The notes: generated from the sequence alone by a model not told the origin. 62,832 nucleotides of DNA, filler included, from Choristocarpus tenellus KU-1152 (GCA_964200185.2; 8 parts of 8 records of this genome joined end to end with filler, not necessarily neighbours in it), one strand, 5' to 3'; shown: positions 1 through 13,800, counted from the first letter of the whole stretch. Program-made: numbers and translations.

Positions 1-70
1 ACACCAAAAAAGTGAAATCGAAAAAAGGTGAAAAACGGACGCCGACACTCCCCCCCCAGATACTTTGACC
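1..70 (-). mobile_element. MITE family B, partial copy
   Basis: Its reverse complement matches the left end of 8323-8500. Confidence 0.8.
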
Positions 71-419
71 CAAAGGAAACAAGGGGATACCCCCATTATT
101 GTTAGGAGCAACTGAGTAATTTGGCGCTGGAGTCCCAGTGAAACTTATTTGGAACAAATTATTTTCGAACTCTTGCCTTTACCATGCAAGGGTAACAAAA
201 ACATGCTTCTACAGGATGATTGAGGTGATAGACGATATCAATTGTCCTAGCCTACGACAGTTGCCTTTGGCAAGCGTTAAAAATGTATACCTAGTTCTTG
301 CTGGGGAGCATGATACAGGCGATTAGCGTATGAACTGCTTTTGTGCATAAACCCGTGCGACCAGTCTTGGTATGACACGAGCTATTTTTTAGGTAAGGCA
401 TTTTTTCTGCATCTGCTTA

Positions 420-1090
420 TGTGTTCATATTTCTTGAGGGAGAGCCTTTCTATGGCAGCAGCAATTTTCTACATGGATATGAGATATTTTGGTGCCTGTA
501 TTTGTTTGTGTTCATACTTCTGAAGGGGGAGAATCTTTCTATGGCACTACCCTATTCCAATGTTCCTGTAATTTTGCGTTTGTATTCATTGGTGTTCATA
601 GTTCTGAACGGGGGGAGTCTTGCAATGGCACTCCCTATTTTTCTAACATTTGTCTTATTTGTTTTATGTTCATTGCTCCTAGCAAGGGCAAGCCTTTCTA
701 TTGCAACACCCTATTTCTTTGTGACTGTGGGACATTGTGTTGGTGTCCTGCAGTTGTTTGTGACTATATTTCTGACGGGGGAGAGTTCTATGGCAGTACC
801 CTAATTCAGTTTTACTGTAATTTTGTGTCTATATTCAATTTTGTTGATAGTTGTGAAGGGGTGGAGTCTTTCTATGAGAGCACCCTACTATTTTGTTAAT
901 GTGATATATTTTTATCTATATTTATTTGTACGTTCATAGTTCTTAAGGAGGGAGAGCCCTTCTATAGCAGCATCCAATTTCTTTGTGACTGTGAGACATT
1001 ATTTTTGTATCTGTGTTTTATTCTGTTCCATGGTTTTGAAAGGAGGAGAGTCATTTTAAGACAGTGCCCTATTTTGACACGAGTGTGAGA
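420..1090. repeat. Degenerate tandem repeat, about 8 units of 70-90 bp
   Basis: Recurring GTTCATA-TTCTGAAGGGGGAGAG-TTTCTATGGCA-CCCTATT core. Confidence 0.8.
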
Positions 1091-1653
1091 CTCTGGTTTA
1101 GGAGGTTCACATTGAAGCAGTTATTCTTCATACTGGGGGGGATGTTACAGGCTGTATGTCTTAATAGCGGTTTCATAAACGCCAGTATGACCTTGAAGTC
1201 CTAGATTTTATATATTTGTACTTGACTATTCATTTAATATTTAGTCATTATGAGGCCACAAGCTTAGAACGAGCCCTAGTTCGATCCTTTCTATACCTCC
1301 ATGCAAAGTGAACAATCCAAGTGAGAGATCCAGCATATTTGACATTGACAAGCTTCAAGGTCCACACAAAGCCTTGTGGATTGGAGCTACACATCCCAGC
1401 ATGGTAAGCTTACAAAATGTTTCGTAACTATGGAGGTTGCTTGCAGAGCCCGTTGGAACAGTTAATCGTCTGCTTCTTGCTGTAGGATGAAATTCAACGT
1501 GTGCATAGGAAGGCCTTCATTGTAGGCACTGCAAAATTCTGCTACTGCATTCATTACGTTGTGTGTGTCCTTTCTCTCCCCTAATAACATCTGTAACATG
1601 TCAGTGGGGATCGAACAATATTCACATTATTCGTAATATATTGCAACTAGTCC

Positions 1654-4600
1654 TCACGACACAGTGCATGATCTCCTCCTTGTTTCAGAAGGCGACATTC
1701 CTTCAAAACTCACTGGGATGGTTTTTGTTGCATATAACAGGCCCTCCCGCCCCTCTCCCCAATACCTTCCTTGCTTCTCTGTCCACCACCTACCACACCC
1801 TGTCTCTTCTGCCCAATCTCCAAGTCTGATCCCTTCCCCATACCCGCCCTCTTCCTTTACATTATGGCACTCATTGGGGTCCCGTTGTCCCCACTCACAA
1901 TGACTTTCTTTCCCCTTAGCAGCAATATCAACACACATCCTATCGCCAACTGCCTTTGTTTCACCTTGAGCCAACATATCGGGAGGATCATCTCTATCAT
2001 GAGCAGACACAGGGCATCCCTCAGCACCTCCAAGTCGTACAAAAACTTCAGAAATCATTGTCATCTGTTCATCGTCAACAACTTTACCCCCTTCCCCAGT
2101 CGCTGTGGAAGATTGAAAGGCTTCTTTCAGAAGGTCCCCTGACTCTCGTGACACCATCACCACTGGGAAAGGCAGCCTAAACTGGACTCTACTAGACTCT
2201 TTCCTTGTTCCCTTTTTCACCTCTTCCTCATTCACATCATTCTGTCCCAACTGTAGTTTCAACTGTTGGTCAACTTCCAAGCATGACTGGTCAAGATCTG
2301 GGTTCTTCCCCCTGGCCACGGTGCCATCACCCCCTGCCTTATCCATGGCAACAGATAATGTCCCATTTCGATTTTGTCTTTGTCGCTGGATGGGGATTTT
2401 GGGAGGAGCCATTGGAAACACCTCATGACCAGAGCGGTCATTCGCAATTACCACCCCCAAGCAGGTTTGACTAAGCCGGGTTAGGCACCAACCAGCTGCT
2501 GCCTCTGCCACGTCCTGAAAAGCAAAACCACCCCCTCGGTCAACCAACACCACAACACCCCTGGAATGGCCTGACCGGATAGTCACTGGCAAATGGGTTG
2601 GAAGAGGTTGGGACCTGATTCTCTCAGGTACAGCTTTTTGATCTATCTTCTGGTCAATATAATGGAGGGGTGGTGGTGCACTGATGATATCCCCAATGCT
2701 GGTGCCAGTGGCAGGGGAAGAGGTAGAATTAAACACTGGGATTAGAGGGGTATGATCCAAGACACGTGAGAGGAGTATTGGAACCTCCTCATTGGACTGA
2801 AAACAGGAGTGCGGAGCATATACCTGTGCAGGGTGTATGCGTCCATGAGGGCAGGGGCAGGGAGTCATCATTAATGTTCGTGTATCCTGCTGCGTCTTGC
2901 ATAATAATATCTCTGAACAAGCTTCAACACCCCCAACTCACAACATACAGTGACTTGAGGAGTGACTCTCAACCTAAGTCTTCTACATGAGTCAAAGTAT
3001 CTTAGAAGGTAGAGCCGTGTCCATTTGGGGTCAAAATCCAATGTTGTGATATTGATGTAATTTTGGCTATGATGTTTGTTAGGAAGTGTCAATATCTTTG
3101 TTTCGGATACCCCTTTTCATATCCACTCCAAAACGTATACATTTTACCAACTCCAAAACATTTCGGAGTAGGAAAATGTCATAAAAAAACTGTGAGAAGC
3201 CACGCCCCCAAACAGGGCAAAACTCGTAACCTCTAAGATACTTTCAGCAAGCAACATACATATCTGATATCCACAATCGCATGGACAGGCAGTTGGCTGC
3301 ATGACTACAAATATAAGAATACCTCAAAATGCTGTTATCTGTTGTTGGTACCTATGTTGAGAGCAGTAAAGCAAGCTTTGGACATGGGTGATCCTGATGA
3401 GACACTACCCACAAGGCAAACATAACACAAAAGAGGGTATACCATGATCTCCCCATTCCCATATGTTTCTACCCTTCGCAGTAGTAGTGCAGTAGCTGCA
3501 GTCATTTCAATTAACAAAAAACACCTGTCTAAACCACACATTGCAATAGAGGTTTCACAGTGCGTGACTTTGCACTAGAGAGCACTTGACAAAATTAACA
3601 AGATAACGGCCAGTTCCAATTCGGAATATGAACCGCTTCCCACCACATGAAGCTCTAATCATATGCATATATTCCTATCATATTTGCTTGCTGTCCCAAG
3701 AAGAATATAAAACTATACATTCAACACAAGTGTGCAAGGAAGGGCACTATAATATGACTTAATTGTACTGCAATAGTTTCAACCTTGTGATAGTTAGACA
3801 ACTGTAGGGGGTATACCCCATTCAAGACTAATATTACCTTAGAAATGCAGTGTACTTTTTTATACTCTTACAATTATCTCTATGATACAGTTGCCACACT
3901 GATCACATAGAAAGCAAGCATTTTTCCCTTGTACGTGTTAGTATAGAAGTGGTTCTGTGTGGGTTAGGTGCAAAAGAATCTTCACTAATTATGTTCACTC
4001 ACAAGCAGTGCCTCGATGGGTTTACTGCAGGACAGGCGACCACTGAAGATTGCCGCAATAGAGGGAATCATCACATTATTCATACTCTTTGGTAGCAGGA
4101 TTGTGAGTTGGGATGCTGTTTAGAGGTGGCAAAAGTTGGGGGGGAAAGGAAGCTGCATCAATGAGGTGTGTGGTTGATCTACAAAAATAGAAAGTACTTG
4201 CCTGGTACATAGTCTATAGGATGTAACTTCCTTTCCCCTTAGACCCCACAACTTATCCGTGCTATGCCATTTTAGCTATTGTAAGGACAACTTGACTCCT
4301 TATCTCTTCAAAGTCAGAGGTCAGAGTTTCAAACAGAGAACACCACTAACATTTTGTACAAGGGGGTCTCAAAAGCTTGCCTCCCTACCCATGCTCTGCT
4401 CCATCAATCTACCTGGATAATGGAAATGTCATATCAAACTTATCCCAGCACATCATACTCAACATTAGCTACACCCGCAAACTTCAGACTACAGTAACAA
4501 TTTTCAGGGTAGGTAGGGCCCTAGCCAAACGTTACAACTGTCAAGTCCATAAATTAGACATGTGTTTATCGCCTCTGCTATTTCCAGTACACTCATGTTT

Positions 4601-6278
4601 CATGTTGGGGATGAACTGTTGGTAACATCGCTTTACCATTCAACAATCTCCGCATAACAAAGGATGGCAAGGGGAGGCTCCCGTTCATTCACCAGCATAC
4701 CTTTCTGCCCTTACCATGGATGACTGTTCTTTTTTTGGAATAACCATGGACCTCCGGACTGAGAAATATTCTGCAATCTTCACCCTCATCTGTACCTACT
4801 ATGATATCCCAATTCTTCCATAAGTTTGAGGGAGCAACAGGAAGCATCTACTCTATACTATATAGAAATGTACAAAAGTAGTTACGCCAATATATACATC
4901 ATAGGTACATCTATATGTAGAAGGTATAACCACCAACAGCACCTCAGGCTACCAGTAACCAAATAGCCTCCATTTCTTGTCCTCAATTGGAAATAAGGAA
5001 ATAAGTCCTATCAGGTACCCTAAAGCGCAAACGAGATGCATCAGTTACTCACTTTCCTCCGGCAGCAGATCAACAGCATCAAAGTGAAGGTGAGGGGTGG
5101 AGCTGTAACCAGTATTCCCGCTTAATCCTATCAAATGACCTGCTTCAACTTCCTTTTTGAGGTGGGGATAAGTGGGCGGGATTTAATGTACAGAATGCTC
5201 AACTGTAAATCGTAGTTTCAATAGTAGAAGTGATGAAGGCGTCAATCATTTGAACAGCAATACAAATTTCGAATTTGATAACAGGTTGGCATGTGTGCGG
5301 CTTCTGATTCCGGTAGCTCCTTGCACTACTCACCTACAAAGGTACCAAGTCATTTACATATCAATGGTATTGCCCAGGGTAGGTTTTTTGTCGATCCATG
5401 TGGTCGAAAGGAAAAAATCCTCGGATGTGGCAAAGGTCAGAACTTGCTTCGCAGTTCGAGTATCACACCTCAGTCACATGTAGGCAGCTGTACGGCACAC
5501 GTGCTCTACCTACAATTGCCAGCAAACAAATTATCTGGTATCATATGCATGAGTTCTTTCGACAAGGGATTGCACGCTGATTCGAGGGTCCCAATTATGG
5601 TATTGCAACAGTTGAGTGGCATCAAGAGGAGGGGGAAACCTTGCGGTTCAATTTCTCCTACACACTTACAGACACTCAGAGTCACCCACCTGTCCCATGG
5701 TCACTAGAACTCCACCGGGCAATAGGTGCACGTATCTTGTGTAGGTACCGTCCTGGTGGCGCAGGGCGATGAAGTTTGCACGCGGAAGAAGATCTCTGCT
5801 TTGGCGCCCCTCGCAGAAGTGATCGCAAAAAGCAACTACCACACCTGGTCGAGCGGCAAAAATCTGTACCGAGATCATGTGTGGACGAGAAACGTTGTGC
5901 AAGTCGAAAGGCATTTCAGAGTGCGTGCTTGGCATAACCCCCTAAACGAATCCCGATTGTCGCACCTTCGAACCTTCTCGAAGCTTGAAATCAAATGCAT
6001 ATGCAAGTGGTCCACGGTGCGTACTCTTTGTATTGTTACCCTGGATACAGCGTCCCTGACCCGATATCCACTCTTCCAGCATCTAAACGTAAGGGTTCAT
6101 GTTGGTAGTAATTAGACAAAAATATTGGACATCTTACAAGGTGTTAGTTTCCACACTAAAAGGAGAACACGATGATGCCTTACCGTGAACTTTTCAAATG
6201 GTCGTTTGAGCACAAGGGTGGCATCATTGGTACTATGCCTCATAGTATTCGGAAATCTTTTGCACCTCTCTGTATCCT
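1654..6278 (-). CDS. Spliced M23-family zinc metallopeptidase (LytM/MepM-like) with inserted PA (protease-associated) domain; 5' end uncertain
   Basis: Phase-consistent GT-AG exons: ~6278-6184, 6082-5966 (QGNNTKSTHRGPLAYAFDF), 5863-5690 (IFAARPGVVV...ANFIALRHQDGTYTRYVHL), 5152-5053 (GHLIGLSGNTGYSSTPHLHFD), 4115-4003 (IPSIAAIFSGRL...IEALL) and 2823-1654 (VVVLVDRGG, GVVIAND, PVVMVSRESGDLLK = PA; ends ...TIPVSFEG). The M23 metal ligands (H...D and HxH) are intact. Confidence 0.88.
2989..3248 (+). mobile_element. MITE family A copy, in an intron of the M23 gene
   Basis: TIR GAGTCAAAGTATCTTAGA...TCTAAGATACTTTCA; interior shared with five other copies. Confidence 0.85.
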
Positions 6279-7283
6279 CTACACATCTTAGATGGACTAC
6301 GTGTTCAATTTCTAACTTGTTGGAAGGTTTGGAGACCGTGTGAAGGCATGTTTATCTGTGGAACTTAACAGAAAGTCTACCACTCAAGAATTCTGGATTG
6401 GTCAATACGACAATCAAGCGAAACTCATTATGTGACACCCCACACCTCGTCAAAGCCTGTCTCGCTGTCTCCACGTCCTCCCCAATTGATTTTGGTGTGG
6501 GCAACCCCCTATATCGCCCAAAGAAACAACCTTACCACACCACAAAGATAATAAACATCAAAAACACAAACCCACAATTAAGTAAACAACAATAACACAC
6601 ACCCCCTCCCCCTTCTTTGGCAACAGGGAGGGTGGGGAGGGAAGCTGCTCGACAGTGACTATCCCCACTATCTTTACTGTAAACCTCTAAGTATATACGC
6701 CCCTTCCCTTTCCATACCAGCCGCCTACCCTCTTGTGATATCTCATTGTTACTACTGGAACAATCCTTGTCTTCCTACTCCAACAACACTACTACCAAAC
6801 CCCTCTATCGCAACATCACAAATTCCTCTACAATCACAAAACTCAGGTTCTTCAAACTTTCCTCTTTGTTGATTTATGGCCAGGAAGAGTTCGGTTATTA
6901 TTGGCGGCTACCACCATTATCAAGCCCAACTCATTTGCGTCACGCCCACACCCATAAACACCCAGAAGGCTGTTCTCCTATCTCCATGTCCTTCCCACTT
7001 GGTTTCTTTTGAGTCAAGGAAATTGAGATATAGGCAAGGTTTCGCTTTGAGAAACCCGAGAAGTGGCAAAATGACGCCATCTCCCACAATTCCAGAAAGG
7101 TCCTTTACTGAATTTTTTGAGCACATATAGCAATAAAATAGGGTGTTCTACACAGCGTAAGAGAGATGACCTAGAATGGAAAAGATCTCAAGCCTTCTTA
7201 TCTCTAAATTACTCTGGCTCTTTTGTTGGGGAAGATCTTTCGAGCCCCCAGCGAAACCCTTTGGTGCCTGTCCGTCCTTCCCC

Positions 7284-10200
7284 ATGTATTCCTTCCCCAT
7301 CTTGTCCCTTCTCCTGGCTTCTGGATCATCGGTTGCCCACCCACGTAAATGCCGATGTAACCCGAATCATGTAAGCTCCTTCTGCACTAGCTCGAATATA
7401 CGCCGAAAAACCTATTGAATTCTATATCCGTTCCTTTTCAATCTCTAATGCGGACACCCCCAATAATGTCAATTTTTATTGCCTGAAAATATCACTGAAT
7501 GTAAATCATAGACTGCACTATTCCCCCCACAGTGACCCACTAACTGATGCGCAGGTGTTGCGACCCTGTGATCGCGTACATGTCAACATTATTGCTGGGG
7601 TGGGTGAGTACTATGAAAATATGACATAGAAAAAAACGCCAATTTCAGGTCCATTTGAGTTTGGATAGGTCTGATTGGTGAATTGAAGGAAGTCAGTCGT
7701 TTTAGATGAAAGCGTCAGTTGAGTTTTTCTAATTGGACAAGAGTGTGAGCTATTGAGGACGGCGTACGTCCTTTTTAGGTGCTTTAGGTGCTATTGCTCA
7801 AGGTTTTGACCAAGCTGGATCACTCGATTCTTGGTTGTAGAGGGAAAAGGTTGAGCCATTGAGTCCATGATGTAAGAGAACAAGGATCTATCAGAGACAG
7901 CAGTATGGGGACCTTTTCTTCGAGGGAGGGGGGTTACCAGACATACGAGTCAAAGTATCTTGGAGGGTAGAGCCGCGTCCGCTTGAGGGCCAAAATCCAA
8001 TGTTGCGATTTTGATGTAATTTTGGCTATCGCGTTTGTTAAGAAGTGTCAATATCGTTATTCCAAATATAGCTTTCCGTAACATACATTTTACCTACTCT
8101 GAAACATTTCGGAGTAGGTAAAATGTCATTAAAAAAAACGTGGGAAGCCAAGCCCCAAACAGGGCAAAACTCAAAACCTCTAAGATACTTTCACTCATAC
8201 AGGTACCCAGGTTTATAGGGACACCCCAAACATGTTCAATCCTTCCAACCCTGCCACTACCACTACCACTAATATAAAAAAGACAAAACAGAAATAATTG
8301 CAGCAATATACGGTACTATTATGGGTCAAAATATCTGGGGGGGGTGTCGGCGTCCGTTTTTCACCGTTTGTTCGATTTTCAATTTTCTAGTGTGTTTTGG
8401 TCGCACGTGTCGGATTTGAAATGTCAGCAAAAAAAGAGTTGTTTGACCGAAACGGACGCCCCCTCACAAACAACTCCCTCCCCCCCAGATACTTTGACCC
8501 TTACAGCAAAGATGATTGAAGTGCCCTATAAACCCGAGGACTTTATGCTGGGTAAACCTCTCGCTTCTTAGGTTGGTCTTGGTCTGACATTCCTTGTCAG
8601 GTTGGGATTCCATGACAATGACAGCGACAATGTAACTTGTACACCAAATAAATAATAAAATAGCCCGCTCTAGTTGGGGCTGAACCCCATAGGGGTTGTG
8701 CATCCATGGCAGAGGGACAGGGGAGAGGAGGGAGTGTGGTTTGACTCGTTGCATATTTTCGCGCAAGGTAGCTTACTATGTCGAAGTCAAGGTACTGTAT
8801 CCAAATCTGACCTACCTCTACACAGGACTTTTCGATCTGAAGGTATGTATGTTGTAAGTGCTCCAGACTGAACACCTGCCTAATCTGGGAAGACGAATAC
8901 TCCACAGTACGATATACTGAAGAGTATGTAGGATAGGGGGGTAGGTTAGAGTCATTACTCACCATGATGAATAGAGGTGGCGTATCTATCTTCCAGGTGT
9001 TGTGTTGGGGGTTAAATATTTTTTCTTTGGATTGTTGACTATCATACAAAGAGGAGGTTGACTTGATGTTGTGGGCCATGAGTCAATAGGATGCAACAAC
9101 AAAGAGTGTTATGAGGCAATTGATGAAGAAAGAAGACAGTTTATATTGAGTACGTTGGAGGGGTAGTATTTGTTCAGGTGTTAATGATGATGGAGAGGTT
9201 CATGATAGAAAATTCAACCTACATGCTCAAAGTACATTTCACACTTTGGTACCTCAAGAAGACCTTTTTTGGAGAGACACTAGTTAAAAGGGTGAGGGTA
9301 TCATTGGTGAGGTGAGGTATCATGGAAAGGTGTAGATTGTAGAGATGTTTATTAGGACTCAAACTTCAAACAACTCCCAAACAGAGAGAACCTCTCTACG
9401 AAGTCGGTGCTGGCACACAAGTACCAAGAGACACAAATGGACGAACAGGGATTACTTGGTTTACACTGAAAGTGCATGAGAGGGGCCCGAGATATTGTAA
9501 GACCCTCCTACCTTTGGGGGAGTAAAAACAATAAATTATTTATAATTGAATAATGCAAATGGGTTCCGTGGACAATGGGTCAACTTCTTTCGTGATTGTT
9601 GTGGTGGAATCCCACCCCGGTAGAGCTCTTGACCAAGACTCGAGTCAGTTCCATAACATTTTCCAGGGAATTCACTTTTGTACTGATTGGTGTAGATGAC
9701 ACCGAAATCAAACAGTGCAACAGGTTCTCCACTACATGGCCTTTTTCTTCCACGAGGCACCTTTTTATTGATTGATTTAGGTGTGTACATGTCCTATTAT
9801 TGCCGATGCGTTAAAATGGGGTTATTCCTAGTCCATTACTTCAAACTACATGACTTCACCCCACTACTGTACACAAATCATTTCTCCCTAAAATGTTATA
9901 TGTGCTGCGTTCTTCTTTTTGCCAAGGCCCGACCAATTACGAGATATGAAAGCCCTAGTGAGATACTAAGAAAATGAAGCGAACTCAATCATGCTCCCGC
10001 GAATTTACCCACCCATCATACCTTGATATGTTTGTCTGTCGTGCAGCAATGCTATTTCATGCAATTAGTACCTCCTTATCTACACCCTGCTCCTTTCTTT
10101 TTCACTCCTCCATGCACTGTCTTCTTTATCAACCATTTGTCGTATTGCATTCTATAGTCTTGGTGATGGGATATCCAAGTGTCCTTTCCCTAGATCTACT

Positions 10201-10751
10201 TCATGTTCAATACGTTGTGGAAGTGGTGTTCACAATATGACGTTCATATCCCTAACCCTAGGAACCACTTGAAGAATAAAAACACTTCGTATTGTACGAA
10301 TCCCAAGCCTACCACCATGCGATGGAGACTAACGGCCTTCGAAACCTGAAAGTCGAAGAAGTGAGGATAGGGTATTATCCCCATGATAGTCCAGAACGTC
10401 AAGCAAATTGTGAGGAATAATTCGAAGATTTGTTGAATTCCACAGTATTACCAGCGCCACAGTGAGCCATGTTGTGTCCCTTCATCTTTATATCCCGTAC
10501 TGAGAAGATGCGTGTCGTTTGCATATACTACGTGATAGTTTTTTACTGAAATGCATTTAGGAGGGGCCTGTAGTATATGTGAATTCTACAATCTTCGACA
10601 AATATTTCGTCACCATTTTCCTCATTTTTTTAAATCCGTGTCTTACGTATGACGCTCATTGACAGAGACATGGGCACTTTAGGATATGCATGCAATACAG
10701 ACGTCGAGGGAAACATTCTACCCTCTACAGGCGACGAGAATTCATGATTGA
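7284..10751 (+). CDS. Putative small secreted protein of unknown family, divergent from the M23 gene
   Basis: Phase-compatible candidate exons 7284-7370 (MYSFPILSLLLASGSSVA, signal-peptide-like; donor GTAAGC), 7555-7603 (CTAAC upstream, donor GTGAGT), 8507-8551, 8768-8842 (donor GTATGT), 9404-9496 (donor GTAAGA), and a terminal exon from 10731. No recognisable domain, and exon 4 is open in two frames. Confidence 0.35.
7947..8196 (+). mobile_element. MITE family A copy
   Basis: Intact GAG...CTC TIRs flanked by ATAC on both sides. Confidence 0.9.
8323..8500 (+). mobile_element. MITE family B, complete copy
   Basis: TIR GGGTCAAA(A/G)TATCTGGGGGG...CCCCCCAGATACTTTGACCC; flanks TTAT/TTAC. Confidence 0.85.
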
Positions 10752-11636
10752 AGCCTCACCTGAATGTTCTCCAATTTGGGGCAGATTGATCACAACTAAG
10801 TTGATGCCATTACTTCAAAAGACGGGCGTATAGTGCAACATGGGATAGTGTGCAATTTACCCTCTGATATTTCAAGGTTTATCATACTGCTTCCTCTGGC
10901 TAAGCTCCCTCTCATGATCAGACCTGCTTCTGTGGAGGGGACAGGACACTGGGTAAGCGCTGTAATTATACGCTTTGGGAAACACTGCAGAAGGAAACAG
11001 AGGTTGCCCTAGTGACGTACGGAGTACCTTTCAGTCGTCTCTAGTCTGAAATGCAATGACTGGCACTAGGTGGGTTTGAACCAGACATGGTCTCAGGGTC
11101 AGGGGACAAGGTATCTCATTTCTCTTGGTAGTAGATCTTTGTTACCAGAATCATGAACTTCACATTATCTCATGCAATATGGGGTGGAAAAATTGCGAGT
11201 TTTGTACCTCCTGGCTTTCCAAGGAGTACCTGGCATGTTGACAAACCCTAAGTAACTCACCCATCCCACTGCCAATCATCGATAATAAATATGATAACAA
11301 ATCTACCAAATAAATATGTTTATGTATACTCTTGCCTACATCCTTTCAGGCTTAGGGGTGGCCCCACGGCAGACTTGACCCAGCCATGTGTTATCCATCA
11401 TATCCACTGGTTGAAAGAGACATACCTCTGGATTTTACAAGTCAAAAGTTTAGTTGTTCCACACATGACTTTCATGTGGCCCGTGGTAGGTAAAAATGTA
11501 TTGTGTTGAATGATTCTAGAACCAAAACAAAATTGAAATCAAGAGGCAGACAAATTTAAAGGCATAGTGCTGATGTTACAGGCGAGTAGCGCGAGTATTT
11601 CTTCCCGCGCTTTGACTGGCGCGAGCAGTATACGCG

Positions 11637-11736
11637 NNNNNNNNNNNNNNNNNNNNNNNNNNNNNNNNNNNNNNNNNNNNTTAATTAATTAANNNNNNNN
11701 NNNNNNNNNNNNNNNNNNNNNNNNNNNNNNNNNNNN
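11637..11736. other. Artificial contig linker
   Basis: N44-TTAATTAATTAA-N44 (stops in all six frames). Identical linkers at 22199-22298, 28470-28569, 31428-31527, 35182-35281, 55501-55600 and 59766-59865. Confidence 0.99.
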
Positions 11737-13429
11737 TCTTCCCCTGCACGCCCCCCCCCCCTTGCAGCCTTCTCATATGGCGCCCAGGGATCCCCGCTGC
11801 CATCCCCACCATGACTGTTGCTGCTGCTATTACTCCTCCATTCTGCCCCCACCCCTCCACTGGTGCCACTCCGGCCCTGTGTACCTCTCCCCCCCTCTAC
11901 CTCTGCCTTGACCGGAGTGCCTGTGAGGTTCAGCATGAGGTTGAGTGCACATACTTTTTAAGTACATAACTCAAGGTGGACTATGAATGTGGCTACATTG
12001 AATCATCGTGGTTTGTACTCTGGAGAATTGTAGTATATACTTATACACATGTAGACCTATTCTGTATGTATTGGGATCACTTTTTTTTGTTTTATACAAG
12101 AATACAAGGTACTATTTTCAATAGAGTTCAATTTAAATTGAAAGATAAAAAAAAAATCTTACTTCAAAAAGCAAGACAAACTGTTGGAAAATCTCCCTCA
12201 CAAAATTCAAGTACTCTGTAAGTATATTCTTGGGAATTTGCCAGGACGTGCAGTAGGGAGAAGGAGGTTCTGAAAAGTGGTCAAGATAATAAATACTATT
12301 TTGTACATGTACCTATACAAGCAGTCAATTGTCATTGCAGTGCTTGGGGTTTGGATTGGGGTTGGGCAGGGTGTGTCAAAGATTTTGTACCATGGCTACA
12401 TAATGGGGATGGAATTTCTGATGAGATATCTACTGCTTTCAAGTATGAAATATTGGTTTCAAGAAATTACTCGTTATTGAATTTGGACCTTCACACACGA
12501 CGTTCTTAGGTTAGGGTTAGTGTGGAGGTAAATTTGCACGGCATGAGATCAAGGTTTCTTGTTGACATAGCTCGTTCTCTTTCACCTCACTCCTGAATAC
12601 TCAGCCTGAGGGTGTGAGGTGGTCAAGGGTTGGGAGAGGGTGATGACTACAATGCATAGTCTGGGGATGGTTTTAGGGTTAGGACTGCCAATGGAAGTAG
12701 AGCTGTGGTATTGCTGCGCATTGAAAAATGGTGATAATTGTATTGAGGGTACATCAGGTGTGGTCAGATGAGTATTGAACAGCAGGGAGTGGCATATGTT
12801 GTTTCACATAATCATGGTAAGTCATTTTAAAGTAGAAAATGGAGTCAGGTTTGAAGGGATAGGTTTGGGTAAGTAAGAGCTTGGATTACAGATGAGTTCG
12901 GGCGGTAGTGAGAGGAGCTGGGACTATTAAAATGCTTAGAAGAACAATACAGCAATGTTTGTTTGGTAGTGGAAAGTACTTACTATCGATGAATATCTCC
13001 CAACAATGAAATACAAGTAAAACAACGCCAAACCTCAACAGAGGCTAACGGTATTGGAAAGGACACTAGAGCACCAGCTTCTTCTTACCTCCCTTACTTT
13101 TCATGAAGTATTGGTACTGGTTTTTTTTTTATTTCATTCACTTCTGTCTGATGTAGGCTTAATATCACAACCTGTACACTTGGGGGCGACACAAGATACT
13201 AAACTGCAGCGCACAAAGAGTGAAATAGGTGTGCCTGTTTCATACTCCATAGTATAAGAGGTAAGGTTCAGTGTTTGGGCTATGGCGGAGGGAGTGTCGC
13301 AGCAGATCTAGCTCAACAGTGAAACTAACTTTGAATCAAATCAATCTTAATCCTCGAGAGTTCCTATGCAAAATATACCCCGGAGTATGCAAGAAAAAGG
13401 ACATAATCTGCCGGTGCTCTAGAGGGTGT

Positions 13430-13800
13430 CCACTACATGTATATACAATTACTCCACATAAATGCTAGCAGCATGTATGCTCTGCAGTGCTCTTGGGCTT
13501 AGTGGTACACAAATTTGACACTGATAGTGTATGTGTTTAGCGTTCTGGAGTACATTTATCACATGTATTGTACACACTACACATCTAAATATTTGCAGTG
13601 TATACGTTCTGCAATCCACTAGACTGCATTTCCTACCTGTATCTACAAACTATTGTACATAAATATCAGCAGTGAATACATTCTGCAGTGCTCTGGGGTA
13701 CATGTATCTACACACCACTGGATGCAAACAGGCAGCAGTGTTTATTCTCCATAATGCTTTGGAGTATAATTAATTCAATACATTGTGTGTGATGCAAGAG
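13430..13800. repeat. Degenerate tandem repeat, unit roughly 60-80 bp
   Basis: Recurring CAGTG-ATAC-TTCTGCAGTGCTCTGG-GTACAT-TATCTACA motifs. Confidence 0.55.

Noticed and set aside
420-1090. CRISPR-like array, or membrane-protein ORFs 421-804 and 489-899
   Set aside because: Units are degenerate along their whole length, there are no cas genes, the context is eukaryotic, and the ORFs are by-products of the repeat.
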